Made by a program: the position numbers and the translations under genes. A DNA stretch of 64,000 nucleotides from an uncultured Verrucomicrobiae bacterium (GTDB lineage Bacteria; Verrucomicrobiota; Verrucomicrobiia; Chthoniobacterales; UBA10450). The stretch covers positions 448,001-512,000 of the forward strand of contig CAWIBO010000005.1 in assembly GCA_963834385.1 (NCBI GenBank), read 5' to 3'. Positions 1 to 10,682 of the stretch are shown one piece after another; position 1 is the stretch's first letter, and each line of letters opens with the position of its first letter. The notes beneath the pieces are model-generated. The model saw nothing but the letters and a program-made list of their open reading frames with translations. It was not told where the DNA came from and made no database searches.

Positions 1-1741
1 CACGCTCGAGGGGATGCCGTGCTCGAGGAACTTCGTCACCGCGTAGCGCACCTCGCCGCCGGTGCGCCAGATATCGGAGGAAATCCACGGACCAAAGGCC
101 CACGGAGGGGGAAGCGGCGGGCGTCCCGTGTAACCGGTGTAACGACTGAGCACATCCCGCAGATCAGGCCCGGCCACGACGTGGAACTTGAGCGAGCGAA
201 AGAGATTCTGGACCACGTAACGGTCGGGCGCGCCGTGGCGCATGTCGAAATAGCTCTCCGCGGTGGAATCAAGATGGAACCCGTAACCCCGGCTGCTCAG
301 AGAACCATGGCACCGGCTTGTAGGATTGGTCGCCCTTTGTGCCCGGCGGATCCCAGGTCAGCATCCGGACCCGGTTTCCCGTCTGGTTCACCGCGTTGAA
401 TTTTTCCCCGAACCCAAAAAACTGCTCGGTGGCGTCGGAACCGGCCGTGACCAGGGTCTCAGAAGGAACAAGGCCATTCCAATCGACCACCTCAAAGGTC
501 AGGACACCGCCGGTGTTCAGGGTGAGCCGGGTGGTGACGGTGGTGCCGCCGAGGGTCTGGACCAGTTCGAGGCCATCGGGAATGGGAATGGAGGAAACAA
601 CGGGGCCAAGGCTGTAAAGGCGGTCGGCGATCCGGGCCGACGGCGGCGCAAAAGTGATGGCATTGGCGAGAGGCGTACCGTTCAGGTCGGGCTGGAGCAG
701 GACGATGTGTCCGGAACCGGTGTGGATGCGGCCGGCAAAAGCGCCGCTCGTGATCTCGAGATGGTCGCCTGAGGGTTGCAGAGGCCAGGGGACAGTGAAA
801 ACAAACGGGCTGGCGCGCGCGACTTCCTCCAGCTCGCTTGTCTGCGAGAGGGAATCGCTCCCGTGCAGGAACGTGGGCAGATGATCGGAGAACGGAACCC
901 GGAGATAATATTGAATGGTATCGCCGGGGTTGAGGGCGGCGGCCGGGATCACCCCGCCGTAATACTTGTTGTTGCCGGCCTGGCTGTGAAAGGTCATGGC
1001 CGCGGACGACCAGGCCGAGTCGGTGATCTTTTTGTAAAAGACGGTGCTGCCGGTCTGCGTCTGGTTGCCGGGATCACCGGCCCCCTGGAACTGGCTGCCG
1101 TTATAGATCGTAACCCCGGCGCCGGCCCCCGGCGTGAAGGGCGAGCGCATGGTGGCGCCGCCCGGTTCGGCGCTGGAGGGAATGTGCCAGGCGTTGCCGG
1201 TGTGCGCATGGAATGCCGCGTTCGTCGTCAGGATGATCCGGTCGATGCGCAGGCCATCTTCCCGCATCCAGAGATTGACCGTGTGGGTGCCGGCCGAGGG
1301 CACGGTGATCGATCCGCCGGCGGCGCCACCCTGCAGGGTGTTGCTCCACTGCCAGGCGTCATACTGCGAAAGGGTGAAAGCTGCGCTGCCCGCTCCATTC
1401 AGGCCCACGTGCGCCGAATCGTCGTTGCCGGTCGCGGCGTGTCCGCGCAGCCAGACATAACGCACTCCGCTGCCCTGGAACGTGACCGCGAACTGGAGCT
1501 CGGGACTGGTGGCGCCCGCGGCGAGGTTGGCGGTGTTGTTGGGCAGGCTTTCCATGTAGCCGCTCCCGGAGAAGCCCGGGACGCTTTGCCCATGGGTCCA
1601 GTCATGTCCCGAGCGGGGCGAATTGTTCACCGAAAAATTCTCCGCCTCGAGCACGACCACGCCGTTGCTTTCGACGACCTGGGCAGAAAGAGGCAGGGAC
1701 GCCGCGAGCAGGCAGAGGGCTGGGAGCAGGACCCGCTTCAT
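1..1741 (-). CDS. Secreted modular glycoside hydrolase family 31 protein (signal peptide, CBM-like beta-sandwich, Ig-like domain, GH31 N-terminal part); apparent frameshift near 300; runs off the left edge
   Basis: Signal peptide MKRVLLPALCLLAASLPLSA from ATG 1741. GH31-type segment EQFFGFGEKFN...SYKPVPWF. After a one-base shift the frame continues LSSRGYG...LSRYTGYTGR...PPWAFGPWIS...HGIPSSV to the window edge. Confidence 0.8.
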
Positions 1742-1833
1742 CAAGGGCGGGGATGGTATCACCCTCGCGGAAGAGGAGCGATGGAAAAGGAAAGGGATTG
1801 CCAAAGGAAGCGGGAGGTCGCAGTTGTAGGCCC

Positions 1834-3194
1834 ATGGCAGCCACCGCCGAAACCCAGCGCATGGAAAAGATCGTCAGCCTGTGCAAACGGCGCGGGTTCA
1901 TTTTCCAGTCGAGCGAGATCTACGGGGGCTTGAATGGGAGCTGGGACTACGGCCCGCTCGGGGTGGAGCTGAAAAGGAACCTGAAGGATTACTGGTGGCG
2001 CGTGATGGTGCGCGAACGCGAGGACGTGGTCGGGCTCGACGGCTCCATCCTCATGAACCGCGCGGTCTGGAAGGCGAGCGGTCACGAGGAAACCTTCAGT
2101 GACCCGATGGTCGATTGTCGCACCTGCAAGGCGCGGCTGCGGGCCGACCAGCTCCCGGAGAAAAACGGCGAGAAACAATGTTCGAACTGCGGTGGCAAGG
2201 ACCTGACCCCGCCGCGCGCCTTCAACCTCATGTTCAAGACCTACGTCGGCGCGACCGAGGACGAATCGAGCGTGACTTATCTTCGCCCGGAGACGGCGCA
2301 GGCCATCTTTGTCCAGTTCAAGAACGTGCTTGATACCTCGCGGCAGAGATTGCCCTTCGGCATCGCGCAGATCGGGAAAGCGTTCCGGAACGAGATCAAC
2401 CCGCGCAATTTCACCTTTCGCTCGCGCGAGTTCGAGCAGATGGAGCTGGAATATTTCTGCCGGCCGGAGCAGGGGCTGGCGCTGCTGGATTACTGGAAGG
2501 AGGAACGGCTGAAGTTCTACGAGAACATCGGGCTGCGCCGCGACCAGTTGCATGTCCTCACCGTGCCCGAGGCCGACCGCGCCTTTTATTCCCAGGGGAC
2601 TTACGACATCGAGTTCGATTTTCCCTTTGGCCGACAGGAACTCGAGGGCGTGGCCTACCGGACCGATTACGACCTGAAACAGCACCAGACCGCCAGCGGC
2701 AAACCGCTCGAGTATTTCGACGACGAAGCCAAGGAGCGGTTCATTCCGCACGTGGTCGAACCGAGCGCTGGGGTGGACCGGACGGTGCTCGCGCTGATCT
2801 GCAGCGCTTACGATGAGGAAACGGTGACCGATGACAAAGGGAAGGCGGAAACGCGCATCGTGCTCCGGTTCCATCCGCGAATGGCGCCGATCAAGGTGGC
2901 GGTTTTCCCTTGCTGAAGAACAAGGAGGAGCTGGTCCGGAAGGCGCGGGAAGTTTACGATGCGCTCAAGGGCGAGATGGCGGCGTTTTACGATGAAGGCG
3001 GCGCGATTGGGCGGCGTTACCGGCGCCAGGACGAGGCCGGCACGCCGTTCGGCATCACGATCGATTTCGAGACCCTGGGTGAGCGAGGGGACGAGCTGCG
3101 CGACACCGTCACCCTGCGCCATCGCGACAGCATGAAGCAGGAGCGGATCAGCATCGCCGAATTGCCGGGGCGTCTCCGCGACGCGATTCGGTAG
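1834..3194 (+). CDS. glyQS: Glycine--tRNA ligase (homodimeric GlyQS type); apparent frameshift near 2908
   Basis: Motifs LCKRRGF, YLRPETAQ, GKAFRNEI, FRSREFEQME, PHVVEPSAG. The anticodon domain (IGRRYRRQDEAGTPF) continues in ORF 2910..3194. Confidence 0.93.
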
Positions 3195-3197
3195 CTG

Positions 3198-3639
3198 ATG
3201 CACGCAGCGGAGTTCAGGGAAGCCTGCCTGCGTCTTGCCCGGCACGGAAGAGACGCTGCCCTTCGGACCGGACGTTCTGGTCTACAAGGTGGGTGGGAAG
3301 ATGTTTGCCCTCATGGCCCCGGACGAGGTCCCGGTGACCGTAAACCTGAAATGTGATCCGGATCAGGCGCTCGCCCTGCGCGACCGCTATGAAGATGTGC
3401 GGCCCGGTTATCACATGAACAAACGGCACTGGAACACGGTCGTCCTCGGCGGCGGCGTGCCCGACGCAGAACTGCGGCGAATGCTTGAACATTCGTATGA
3501 ACTGGTCGTGGCCAGCCTGCCGCGGGCGCGGCGGGAGACATTGAGCAGCCGGTCGGCGGCTGCCGCCGCCCGCCCCCGCCGCACGCCACGGAAGAATGAG
3601 TGGCCGGGTAGTCGGGCCGGCAGGGGCCAACCGCCCTAA
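3198..3639 (+). CDS. MmcQ/YjbR family DNA-binding protein; probable indel near 3234
   Basis: PFGPDVLVYKVGGKMFAL, NLKCDP, PGYHMNKRHWNTV. ATG 3198 (MHAAEFREACLRL) is one base out of frame with ORF 3235..3639. Confidence 0.85.
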
Positions 3640-3758
3640 AAAGCGTTCCGTAGGGATTGGCGCGGGCGAAGACCGTCGTCCATCCAGTGCGCCGCCGGCC
3701 TTTCAGGAAAAGGGGCGGTCTGGCTTGACCCGCCATGCGCTCCGGTGAACATCGTTCT

Positions 3759-4394
3759 ATGCGCGGCCAGACATTGTGGGAAGGACGATGGATTTTTGCC
3801 GTCCTCGTCGTGCTCACGGTGGTGAGCTGGTTTTTGCTGCCGTGGCTGGCGTTGCTCTGGCTCGCCCTGATCCTCTACACGCTCGCTTTTTTTCGCGACC
3901 CGGAACGGATCGCCCCGCCTGACCCGGACGTGGTCGTGGCCGCGGCCGACGGCGTGGTGGCCGACATCGCGGAGCTGGAGGAACCGGAAGTTCTGAAGGC
4001 GAAGACGCGCCGGGTCGGGATTTTCCTCTCGGTTTTCGACGTGCACACCAACCGCGCGCCGGTGGAAGGCCGGGTGGTGTATCGGCAGCATCGCCGGGGG
4101 CTTTGTCTCGATGCGCGCAGCCTGGACTGCTCGGAAAAGAACGAGGCCATGACCTGGGCGTTCGAGAATCCGCGGGTGACGATCGTGGTGCGCCAGCTGA
4201 CGGGCGCGATTGCCCGGCGGATCGTGGGCTGGTCCCGGGTGGGCGATGAGCTGGCGCGGGGGGAACGTTTCGGAATGATTCGTTTTGGCTCGCGCACGGA
4301 AGTTTATTTGCCGCTGGACGCCACCGTGACGGTGAAAAAAGGCGACCGGGTGGTCGGCGGCCTGACGGTGATTGCGCGTTTGCCCCGGGCCTGA
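3759..4394 (+). CDS. psd: Phosphatidylserine decarboxylase proenzyme
   Basis: FFRDPER, IFLSVFDVHTNRAP and autocleavage motif RFGSR; coupled to pssA. Confidence 0.92.
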   Translation: MRGQTLWEGRWIFAVLVVLTVVSWFLLPWLALLWLALILYTLAFFRDPERIAPPDPDVVVAAADGVVADIAELEEPEVLKAKTRRVGIFLSVFDVHTNRAPVEGRVVYRQHRRGLCLDARSLDCSEKNEAMTWAFENPRVTIVVRQLTGAIARRIVGWSRVGDELARGERFGMIRFGSRTEVYLPLDATVTVKKGDRVVGGLTVIARLPRA

Positions 4395-5218
4395 TGAGCG
4401 ACAACAACCCGAAAATCTACCTGCTGCCGAACCTGATGACGGCGGGGAACCTGTTTTGCGGGTTCGCAGCCACGCTCAAGATTGTGCAGGGCGCTCTCCT
4501 GCAATCGTCCGATCCCGACGCGGCCGCGATCCTTTTCCACACGGCCATCTGGTATATCCTCGGCGCCTGCATCTTTGACCTGCTGGACGGCCGGTTGGCG
4601 CGTTTGGGCGGGCAGGACAGCGCCTTTGGGCGCGAATTCGATTCGCTGGCCGACATTGTCTCGTTCGGGGTGGCGCCGGCGCTCCTGGTTTACCGGATCG
4701 TCCTGCTCGAGTTCCCGCGGGCCGGCTGGGTGGTGGCCTTCATTTATCTTCTTTGCGGCGCGCTGCGCCTCTCCCGTTTCAATGTCATCGCCGCCAGTGG
4801 CGGGCCGGCCTCGGCCGACAAGAACTTCCGCGGCTTCCCGATCCCGGCGGCGGCCGGAGTGATTGCCTCGCTGACCCTGTTTCTGCTTTGGTGGCTGGGG
4901 GAACGCGAGCACGAGATCGGGCGCTGGAAATGGGTTCTGCCTCCGCTGCTTCTCTTCCTTTCCTTCATGATGTTCAGCGGGTTCAAGTATCCCAGCTTCA
5001 AGGGGCTGGGCTGGCGGTCCACCCGTTCGGTCCCGCGTTTCCTTGCCATCATCGTCATCGTCGTGGCGACGGTCATGAACTACGAGTGGATGCCGGCCGT
5101 CCTCTTCATCTCCTACCTTCTCTACGGCTTCGTCCGGCCCTTTATCTCGAAATCGTGGCAGCGCGAGATCGAGGAAGAGATTGGCGACGAACCGATCGAT
5201 CCGCCGGAAAACGCCTGA
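4394..5218 (+). CDS. pssA: CDP-diacylglycerol--serine O-phosphatidyltransferase
   Basis: CDP-alcohol phosphatidyltransferase motif DLLDGRLAR...FGREFDSLADIVSFGVAP. Confidence 0.92.
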   Translation: MSDNNPKIYLLPNLMTAGNLFCGFAATLKIVQGALLQSSDPDAAAILFHTAIWYILGACIFDLLDGRLARLGGQDSAFGREFDSLADIVSFGVAPALLVYRIVLLEFPRAGWVVAFIYLLCGALRLSRFNVIAASGGPASADKNFRGFPIPAAAGVIASLTLFLLWWLGEREHEIGRWKWVLPPLLLFLSFMMFSGFKYPSFKGLGWRSTRSVPRFLAIIVIVVATVMNYEWMPAVLFISYLLYGFVRPFISKSWQREIEEEIGDEPIDPPENA

Positions 5219-5222
5219 AACG

Positions 5223-5246
5223 GCCGGGGGCGCCGCAAGCCCCGGC
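5223..5246. terminator. GC-rich hairpin between convergent pssA and nucleotidyltransferase genes
   Basis: gccgggg...ccccggc stem in a 31-bp convergent gap; no clear U-tract. Confidence 0.3.
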
Positions 5247-5249
5247 GAA

Positions 5250-5967
5250 TCAGGAGAGCGGCTGGTTCAGCCGCGCCAGAATTTCCGGGTCGCGCACATC
5301 GTGCCAGTCGCCGGTGAGCTCGAGGGCCTGGACCCGGCGGCCGGACTGGGCGAGCTCGCGAATCGCGTCCGTCAGCTCGTATTCGCCGCGCGGGGAAGGC
5401 TGGAGCTTCGCCGTGAAGTCAAAAATGCTGCGGCGAAACATGTAGATGCCGGCGTTATACCAGGGGCTGGTCGGCTCGCCCGGTTTCGGTTTTTCGCGGA
5501 GATCGACCAGGTCAAAACGGTCGTTCACAAAAACAGCGCCGCCCTGGCTGACGTCATCGCTTCGTTTCACCGTGACGATGGCCTCGGTTTCCGGGGCAGG
5601 GGAGACAAGCCGGCGATAGTTGGCCGGGTCCACCAGGATGTCGCCATAGCTGAGGAGAAAGGGATCGTCACCGCAGAAGTCGCGGGCCAGTTCGACCACG
5701 CGCCCGGTCCCGTCCTGCACGGCCTGCGTGACATACCGGATCCGCGCCCTGGAAATCCTTTCCCTCGCCGAAATGCTCCTGCACCACCTCCGCGCGCCAG
5801 CCGACCACGATGAGGAAGTCGGTGACGCCGGCGCCGGCCAGGCCCTCGACGATGTGCTGCAGGACGGGCCTGCCGCGCACCGGCAGCATCGGTTTCGGAA
5901 GATCGTCCGTCAGGTTGCGCATGCGGGTCCCGCGACCGGCCGCGAGCAGGACAGCTTTGGTGATCAT
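5250..5967 (-). CDS. Sugar-phosphate nucleotidyltransferase (NTP_transferase family); apparent frameshift near 5750
   Basis: KAVLLAAGRGTRM...PKPMLPV in ORF 5668..6003; QDGTG, LSYGDI and SPRGEYELTDAI in ORF 5250..5720. Confidence 0.88.
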
Positions 5968-5990
5968 GGCAGCACCTGTAAGCCTTTCGA

Positions 5991-6019
5991 TTGCAATTCG
6001 CACGCGCCGGCTTCAATCT
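5991..6019 (+). promoter_or_regulatory. Sigma70-like promoter, leaderless geometry, for the DoxX gene
   Basis: TTGCAA-17 nt-CAATCT, then 7 nt to ATG 6027. Confidence 0.45.
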
Positions 6020-6026
6020 CGCGCGC

Positions 6027-6431
6027 ATGGGTCTCCAGTTCCTCTCCAAATACCGCGAGACCGGCCTGCTCCTTCTCCGTTCCAGCGTCGGCCTTATCCT
6101 CCTCATCCTGACGGCACCTGTCCTCATGGCCGGGAGCGGCGGGTGGCGCCGCTTTGGGAGCGCGCTTCGGCATATCGGCTTTGAATCGAACTACGAGTTC
6201 TGGGGTTTTCTTGGGGTGGTCGGCGCCTGCGCCGCGGGGGTTTTCCTCATCATCGGGCTCTGGTTTCGAGGCGCCGCGCTCGTGGCCCTCTTCATCGCGG
6301 CCATCCATGCCAGCGCGGTCTGGAGCGGCGATCCGCCGCTGCGTCTTCTCCTCGTTCCCCTGGAGTTCTGCCTCCTCCTGGTGGCCCTGATTTTTATCGG
6401 ACCGGGCAAATACAGCGTCGACAAGAACTGA
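6027..6431 (+). CDS. DoxX family membrane protein
   Basis: Four hydrophobic segments, GLLLLR near the N-terminus, C-terminal GPGKYSVD. Confidence 0.8.
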   Translation: MGLQFLSKYRETGLLLLRSSVGLILLILTAPVLMAGSGGWRRFGSALRHIGFESNYEFWGFLGVVGACAAGVFLIIGLWFRGAALVALFIAAIHASAVWSGDPPLRLLLVPLEFCLLLVALIFIGPGKYSVDKN

Positions 6432-6482
6432 ACGCCGGCGGGAGGCGAATGGTCAAAGTTGGCCGCGGTCGCTGGCGTCGCC

Positions 6483-6510
6483 TTGTGAATAACCGGCGCG
6501 AGCGTAACGT
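6483..6510 (+). promoter_or_regulatory. Sigma70-like promoter, leaderless geometry, for the pseudopilin operon
   Basis: TTGTGA-16 nt-TAACGT, then 7 nt to ATG 6518. Confidence 0.45.
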
Positions 6511-6517
6511 TTTCCCC

Positions 6518-6991
6518 ATGGGCAAAGAGCGCGGATTCACGCTGGTGGAGCTGGCCATCGCCGTCTTCATCCTGCTCCTGATCCTGCTCCTGGCGGTGCC
6601 CAGCCTGCGCGGGGTCATGGCCGACAGGGAACTGCGGCGCTCGTTTGAAGCCTTTACCGCGCTGGCCAGCCAGGCCCAGGAATTGAGCATGACCGAGCGG
6701 CGACCTTATCTTTTGATCTGGGAAAAGGGGGCCATTGTCCTGCGACCGGAGGTCTTTGCCCCCGGGGAGGAGGAAGCGGCCACGGCGGTGCTCACCACCG
6801 GGCGCGGCGATGCCTATACCCTCAACCTGCCGGCGGCTCTCTCGGAAAAGCCGGCGCCGGAATGGATTTTCTGGCCTTCCGGCACCTGCGAACCGGCCCT
6901 GGTCGGCTACAAGGGATCGCCCGGTTCCTGGACGGCCTACTTTTCGCCGCTGACCGGGCGTGCTGACCTGACCAATTATGCGGCGAACTAG
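6518..6991 (+). CDS. gspH: Type II secretion minor pseudopilin (GspH-like)
   Basis: Prepilin motif RGFTLVELAIAV; first gene of the pseudopilin run. Confidence 0.7.
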   Translation: MGKERGFTLVELAIAVFILLLILLLAVPSLRGVMADRELRRSFEAFTALASQAQELSMTERRPYLLIWEKGAIVLRPEVFAPGEEEAATAVLTTGRGDAYTLNLPAALSEKPAPEWIFWPSGTCEPALVGYKGSPGSWTAYFSPLTGRADLTNYAAN

Positions 6992-7376
6992 CACGCGAGC
7001 CGGGTTCGCCCTTTACGAGGTGTTGATCGGCGTGACCATCTTCGCCGTTGGCATCCTGGCCCTTGGTCGTTCGGTGGAGAATTGCCTGAATGCCAGCGCG
7101 CTCACGGCCGAGGAAAATCGCATCCGGCAGCTTCTTTCCAACCGGATGGCGGAGATCCAGGCCACGCCGGGCCGCCCGGACGAGACCAAGACCACGAAGA
7201 TCGACAGCGGCTACGGGGAAGTGGTGCTGCAGGAACGAGCCACTGCGGCGGAGATGAAAAGCGACGAGGGGATCGACCTGGTCGGGGTCTTCCGCATCGA
7301 CCTGGCCGCAAAATGGGTCCGGCATGGGATCGAGCAACAACGCGAGGTGATGTTTTATGTCTACCGCCAGCGCTAG
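6978..7376 (+). CDS. gspI: Type II secretion minor pseudopilin (GspI-like)
   Basis: Prepilin motif AGFALYEVLIG; 132 aa; position in the operon. Confidence 0.7.
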   Translation: MRRTSTRAGFALYEVLIGVTIFAVGILALGRSVENCLNASALTAEENRIRQLLSNRMAEIQATPGRPDETKTTKIDSGYGEVVLQERATAAEMKSDEGIDLVGVFRIDLAAKWVRHGIEQQREVMFYVYRQR

Positions 7377-7980
7377 GACGTCGCTCCGCGGCTTCACGCT
7401 CCTGGAGATCGTGCTCGCCGTCCTGATTCTCTCGATGATGTCCTTCGCCATCTATCGGTTTGTGACTTCCAACCTCATTGCCGTCCGTCTTTCCGGCGAA
7501 CAAATGAGCGCGGACGAACGCTACGACGGCTTGCAGGCGTTGCTCACTGCGCAGTGGCAGTCGATCAGCCCGGGCCAGGGCGCCCTGCTGGGCGAGCCGC
7601 TCAAGATGAACGATCGGTCCCGGGATGAGATCACCTGGCTTTCCCCCGCCGGGCCGGGGCTGCTCACCCGCTATGCCCAGGGGGAATACAAGGTGACCCT
7701 CCGCCTGCGGCCGTCGCCCAACCAGCCGGATCGCATGGAACTGGGGTTGTTCCGCCGGCCGCGCTCCGCGCCGGAAGGGAGCGGCGAAGGTTCGTGGGTG
7801 AGTTTGCTCGACCGGGTGGAAAGCGTTGAAATAAAATACTTCGATCCGCGGGTGAATACCTGGGTGACGCGCTGGACGGATACGATTGCGCTGCCGCGCC
7901 TGGTGCGCCTCGTGATCGGGCGCACCGACACCGCCAAACCATGGGAAGGCGTTATCGCGATCGCGCGAACCCCGTTATGA
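7357..7980 (+). CDS. gspJ: Type II secretion minor pseudopilin (GspJ-like)
   Basis: Prepilin motif RGFTLLEIVLA; C-terminal LPRLVRL. Confidence 0.78.
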   Translation: MSTASARTSLRGFTLLEIVLAVLILSMMSFAIYRFVTSNLIAVRLSGEQMSADERYDGLQALLTAQWQSISPGQGALLGEPLKMNDRSRDEITWLSPAGPGLLTRYAQGEYKVTLRLRPSPNQPDRMELGLFRRPRSAPEGSGEGSWVSLLDRVESVEIKYFDPRVNTWVTRWTDTIALPRLVRLVIGRTDTAKPWEGVIAIARTPL

Positions 7981-8885
7981 AACTGACGCCTCGACAAAAC
8001 CGGTCCGGGGCGGCGCTCATGCTCGCGCTCTGGGCGCTGTTTCTCCTCGCAGCCGTGGTCATGGCGTGGGCGACGCAGATTGATGCCCGCATTTCCATGG
8101 GCGGCGCGGCCAACCGCAACCTCGAGGCGGAGGCGATGGCCTGTTCCGGCGCGGAAGTGGCCCTGCATCCCGCGATCAAACCGGGCGCGGCCGTGCTCGA
8201 GGGTCAGCCGTTGCCCGGACAATCGTGGTCGGTCCGCATCACCGGGGAAGGGGGCCGCCTCAACCTGAACTGGCTGCTCGCGGGCGAGAACCCGCAGCGA
8301 CTGGAGATCCTGCGCCGCTTCCTCGAGCTCAAGGGCATTGACCTGAATGAGCGCGATCACATGATCGACACGCTGCTGGACTGGGTGGATCCCGACAACC
8401 TGGTCCGGCTCAACGGCGCCGAGGCCGAGGGCGACTATCGCCCGGCGAACATTCTTTTCACGAGGGTGACCGAGTTGAAACGCGTCCGCGGCTGGGAGGC
8501 GTTTACCTCGCCGGAGAACTGGGATGATGAGCTGACCCTGAACAGCTCGGGGCCGGTCGATCTGCGCTGGGCGCCGCGCGACGTGCTCCTGAGCCTGCCC
8601 GGCATGGATGAAGGCATGGTCGACCGTTACATCGCTCTGCGAAGCGGCCCGGACGAGCTCGACGGCACGGTCGACGACGCGGAATTCAAGACCATGGACG
8701 AAATCCGTGATGCCCTCGGTTTTTCCATTGAACAATTCAAACAGCTTGCTCCCCTCGTGGGATTCAACGATCAGGTGCAGCGCATTGTCAGCGTCGGAAG
8801 GTCGGGCAACGTGTCGCGCACGGTGCAGATGGTTGTCCGAAAAACCGGCGCGGCCCCGCAGATGATCACCTGGAAGGAGATTTAG
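7977..8885 (+). CDS. gspK: Type II secretion pseudopilin GspK
   Basis: SGAALMLALW (no Glu5), GRLNLN, LLDWVDPD, GAEAE, ELKRVRG. Confidence 0.88.
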   Translation: MKLTPRQNRSGAALMLALWALFLLAAVVMAWATQIDARISMGGAANRNLEAEAMACSGAEVALHPAIKPGAAVLEGQPLPGQSWSVRITGEGGRLNLNWLLAGENPQRLEILRRFLELKGIDLNERDHMIDTLLDWVDPDNLVRLNGAEAEGDYRPANILFTRVTELKRVRGWEAFTSPENWDDELTLNSSGPVDLRWAPRDVLLSLPGMDEGMVDRYIALRSGPDELDGTVDDAEFKTMDEIRDALGFSIEQFKQLAPLVGFNDQVQRIVSVGRSGNVSRTVQMVVRKTGAAPQMITWKEI

Positions 8886-8940
8886 CATCGAGACCAAGCC
8901 ACAGCCTGTTTACCTCATTCCCGCGCAGGGCGGCTGGAAC

Positions 8941-10125
8941 ATGGTCCGTTCTCCCGACGGCAACGGCACCTGGCAGGTGCAGGCCCTGGCCGCGCTCGAG
9001 GAGGCGGTCGCCTTTATTCAACCGGCCGATGAAGTGGTCCTTGGCCTGCCCATCAGCGCCATCCTCGCGCAGCGCCTTCGTCTGCCCACCGTGGAAGGCG
9101 AAGACTTCGGCGAGATGGTCCGGATCCAGGTCGAAAAGTCGCTCCCCTATGCGCCGGAAGAAGTCACAAGCGATTTCGATGTCATCGAGAAAACGGACGA
9201 CGAGTCCATCGTTTCCGCCGTCTCCGTCCATCACGCCAGCCTGAACGAGCTGGCCGCGCCACTTCTTTCCCGGGGCGTCATCCCGAGCCGCGTCACGGTT
9301 TACGCCGCCCAGCGTGCCGCCACCCGCGCCCATGAAGGCCCGGCTCTCCTCATCCATCCGGAAGGCGACGCTGTCGTTTCCGTCATCACGGAAAATGGAA
9401 AGCTTAGTTTCACCCGCATTTTTCCGACGTCCGAACCGACACAGATCGAGGCTGACCTGCCCCAACTGGCGCTGGGCGCCGAGATGCAGGGGATCAGCAC
9501 CACTTTTCCCAGCATTCTCCTCGACGAGAACTGCCTTGCCCTGCGGAGCGCGGTTGAGGAGACCTTCGCGCGCCGGACGCAACTGGTGGGAGTGGAAACG
9601 CCGCCCGCGCCTACGGCGCTCAACCTTCTTCCGCCCTCGTGGCAGCGGCAGCGGCAACAGGTGGCCCGGCGCGCGCTCTGGCAAAAACGGCTGCTTCTCG
9701 CCGGGGCGGTTTATCTTGCGCTCGTCCTGCTCGGGTTGCTTTACCTCGGCGTCCTGAAGTTTCTCCTCGGCAGCCTCGAGGGCCGCATCGCCAAGGACGC
9801 GCCCAAGGTGGAATTCGTGCAGGAGACCTCCGCGAAATGGGATGCGCTGGCCCCGGCGCTCGAGCCACGCTTTTACCCGATCGAAATCCTGCTGCATCTT
9901 TCGCAAAGCCTGCCATCGCCTGAAGTGCACATCACCAGCTATACCCAGAGCGCCCGCCAGATCTCCGTGGAAGGCGAGGCCAAAAGCGCCGCGCTCGCCT
10001 ATCAATTCGCCGAGAACGTGAAGAAGAAACCGGAGCTGCGGAAGTTTCAGTTCGACATGGGCACGCCGCGCATCCTGCCCGGGGGCGAGCGCGCCCAATT
10101 CCGTCTGGAGGGCAAACCGAAATGA
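8941..10125 (+). CDS. gspL: Type II secretion GspL/PilMN-like inner-membrane platform protein
   Basis: Cytoplasmic domain, LNLLP motif, single TM helix, PilN-like periplasmic domain. The true start may be slightly upstream. Confidence 0.72.
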   Translation: MVRSPDGNGTWQVQALAALEEAVAFIQPADEVVLGLPISAILAQRLRLPTVEGEDFGEMVRIQVEKSLPYAPEEVTSDFDVIEKTDDESIVSAVSVHHASLNELAAPLLSRGVIPSRVTVYAAQRAATRAHEGPALLIHPEGDAVVSVITENGKLSFTRIFPTSEPTQIEADLPQLALGAEMQGISTTFPSILLDENCLALRSAVEETFARRTQLVGVETPPAPTALNLLPPSWQRQRQQVARRALWQKRLLLAGAVYLALVLLGLLYLGVLKFLLGSLEGRIAKDAPKVEFVQETSAKWDALAPALEPRFYPIEILLHLSQSLPSPEVHITSYTQSARQISVEGEAKSAALAYQFAENVKKKPELRKFQFDMGTPRILPGGERAQFRLEGKPK

Positions 10126-10682
10126 ACTGGGCCTGGTTCGAGCGCCTGAGCAAACGGGAACGGCTCCTGGCCGTGCTGGTCGGCGGCACCGTCTTTTTGC
10201 TCATCAACTACCTGCTCTGGGACGGTCTCCTTTCCGCCGCCGACCGGACGCGGGCCGACCTGGCGGTGCGCAATTCCGAGCGGAACATCCAGAAAGTCTT
10301 CATGCAGGAGCGCGATCCCTGGTCGAAACGCGAGGCCTGGCTGAAGAAGAATCAGCCGGTGGTGCGCAACGCGGGCGAATCTTCCGCCGTGCTCGATGAC
10401 ATCAAGCAGGTGGCCTCGAAGCACAACATTGTCCTGGAAAACCCCCAGCTCGTGACCGGGGAGAAAAATGCCAACTACCAGGCGCTGGGCGCTTCCTTCG
10501 AGACGAAAACGCCCTGGCCGCCGCTGGTGCGTTTTCTCTACGATCTCCAGCAGCCCGGCAAATTTCTCGTCTTCGAAAATTTGAACCTCAGCATCGACGG
10601 CGCTGACAACACCCAGATGCGGGGCAAATTCAAGGTGACCCGCTGGTTTGCCCCGGCCGGGACGGTTTCCAATGCGAAGTAG
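10122..10682 (+). CDS. gspM: Type II secretion GspM/PilO-like protein
   Basis: LSKRERLL followed by a TM helix; LVRFLYDLQ; follows gspL. Confidence 0.75.
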   Translation: MNWAWFERLSKRERLLAVLVGGTVFLLINYLLWDGLLSAADRTRADLAVRNSERNIQKVFMQERDPWSKREAWLKKNQPVVRNAGESSAVLDDIKQVASKHNIVLENPQLVTGEKNANYQALGASFETKTPWPPLVRFLYDLQQPGKFLVFENLNLSIDGADNTQMRGKFKVTRWFAPAGTVSNAK

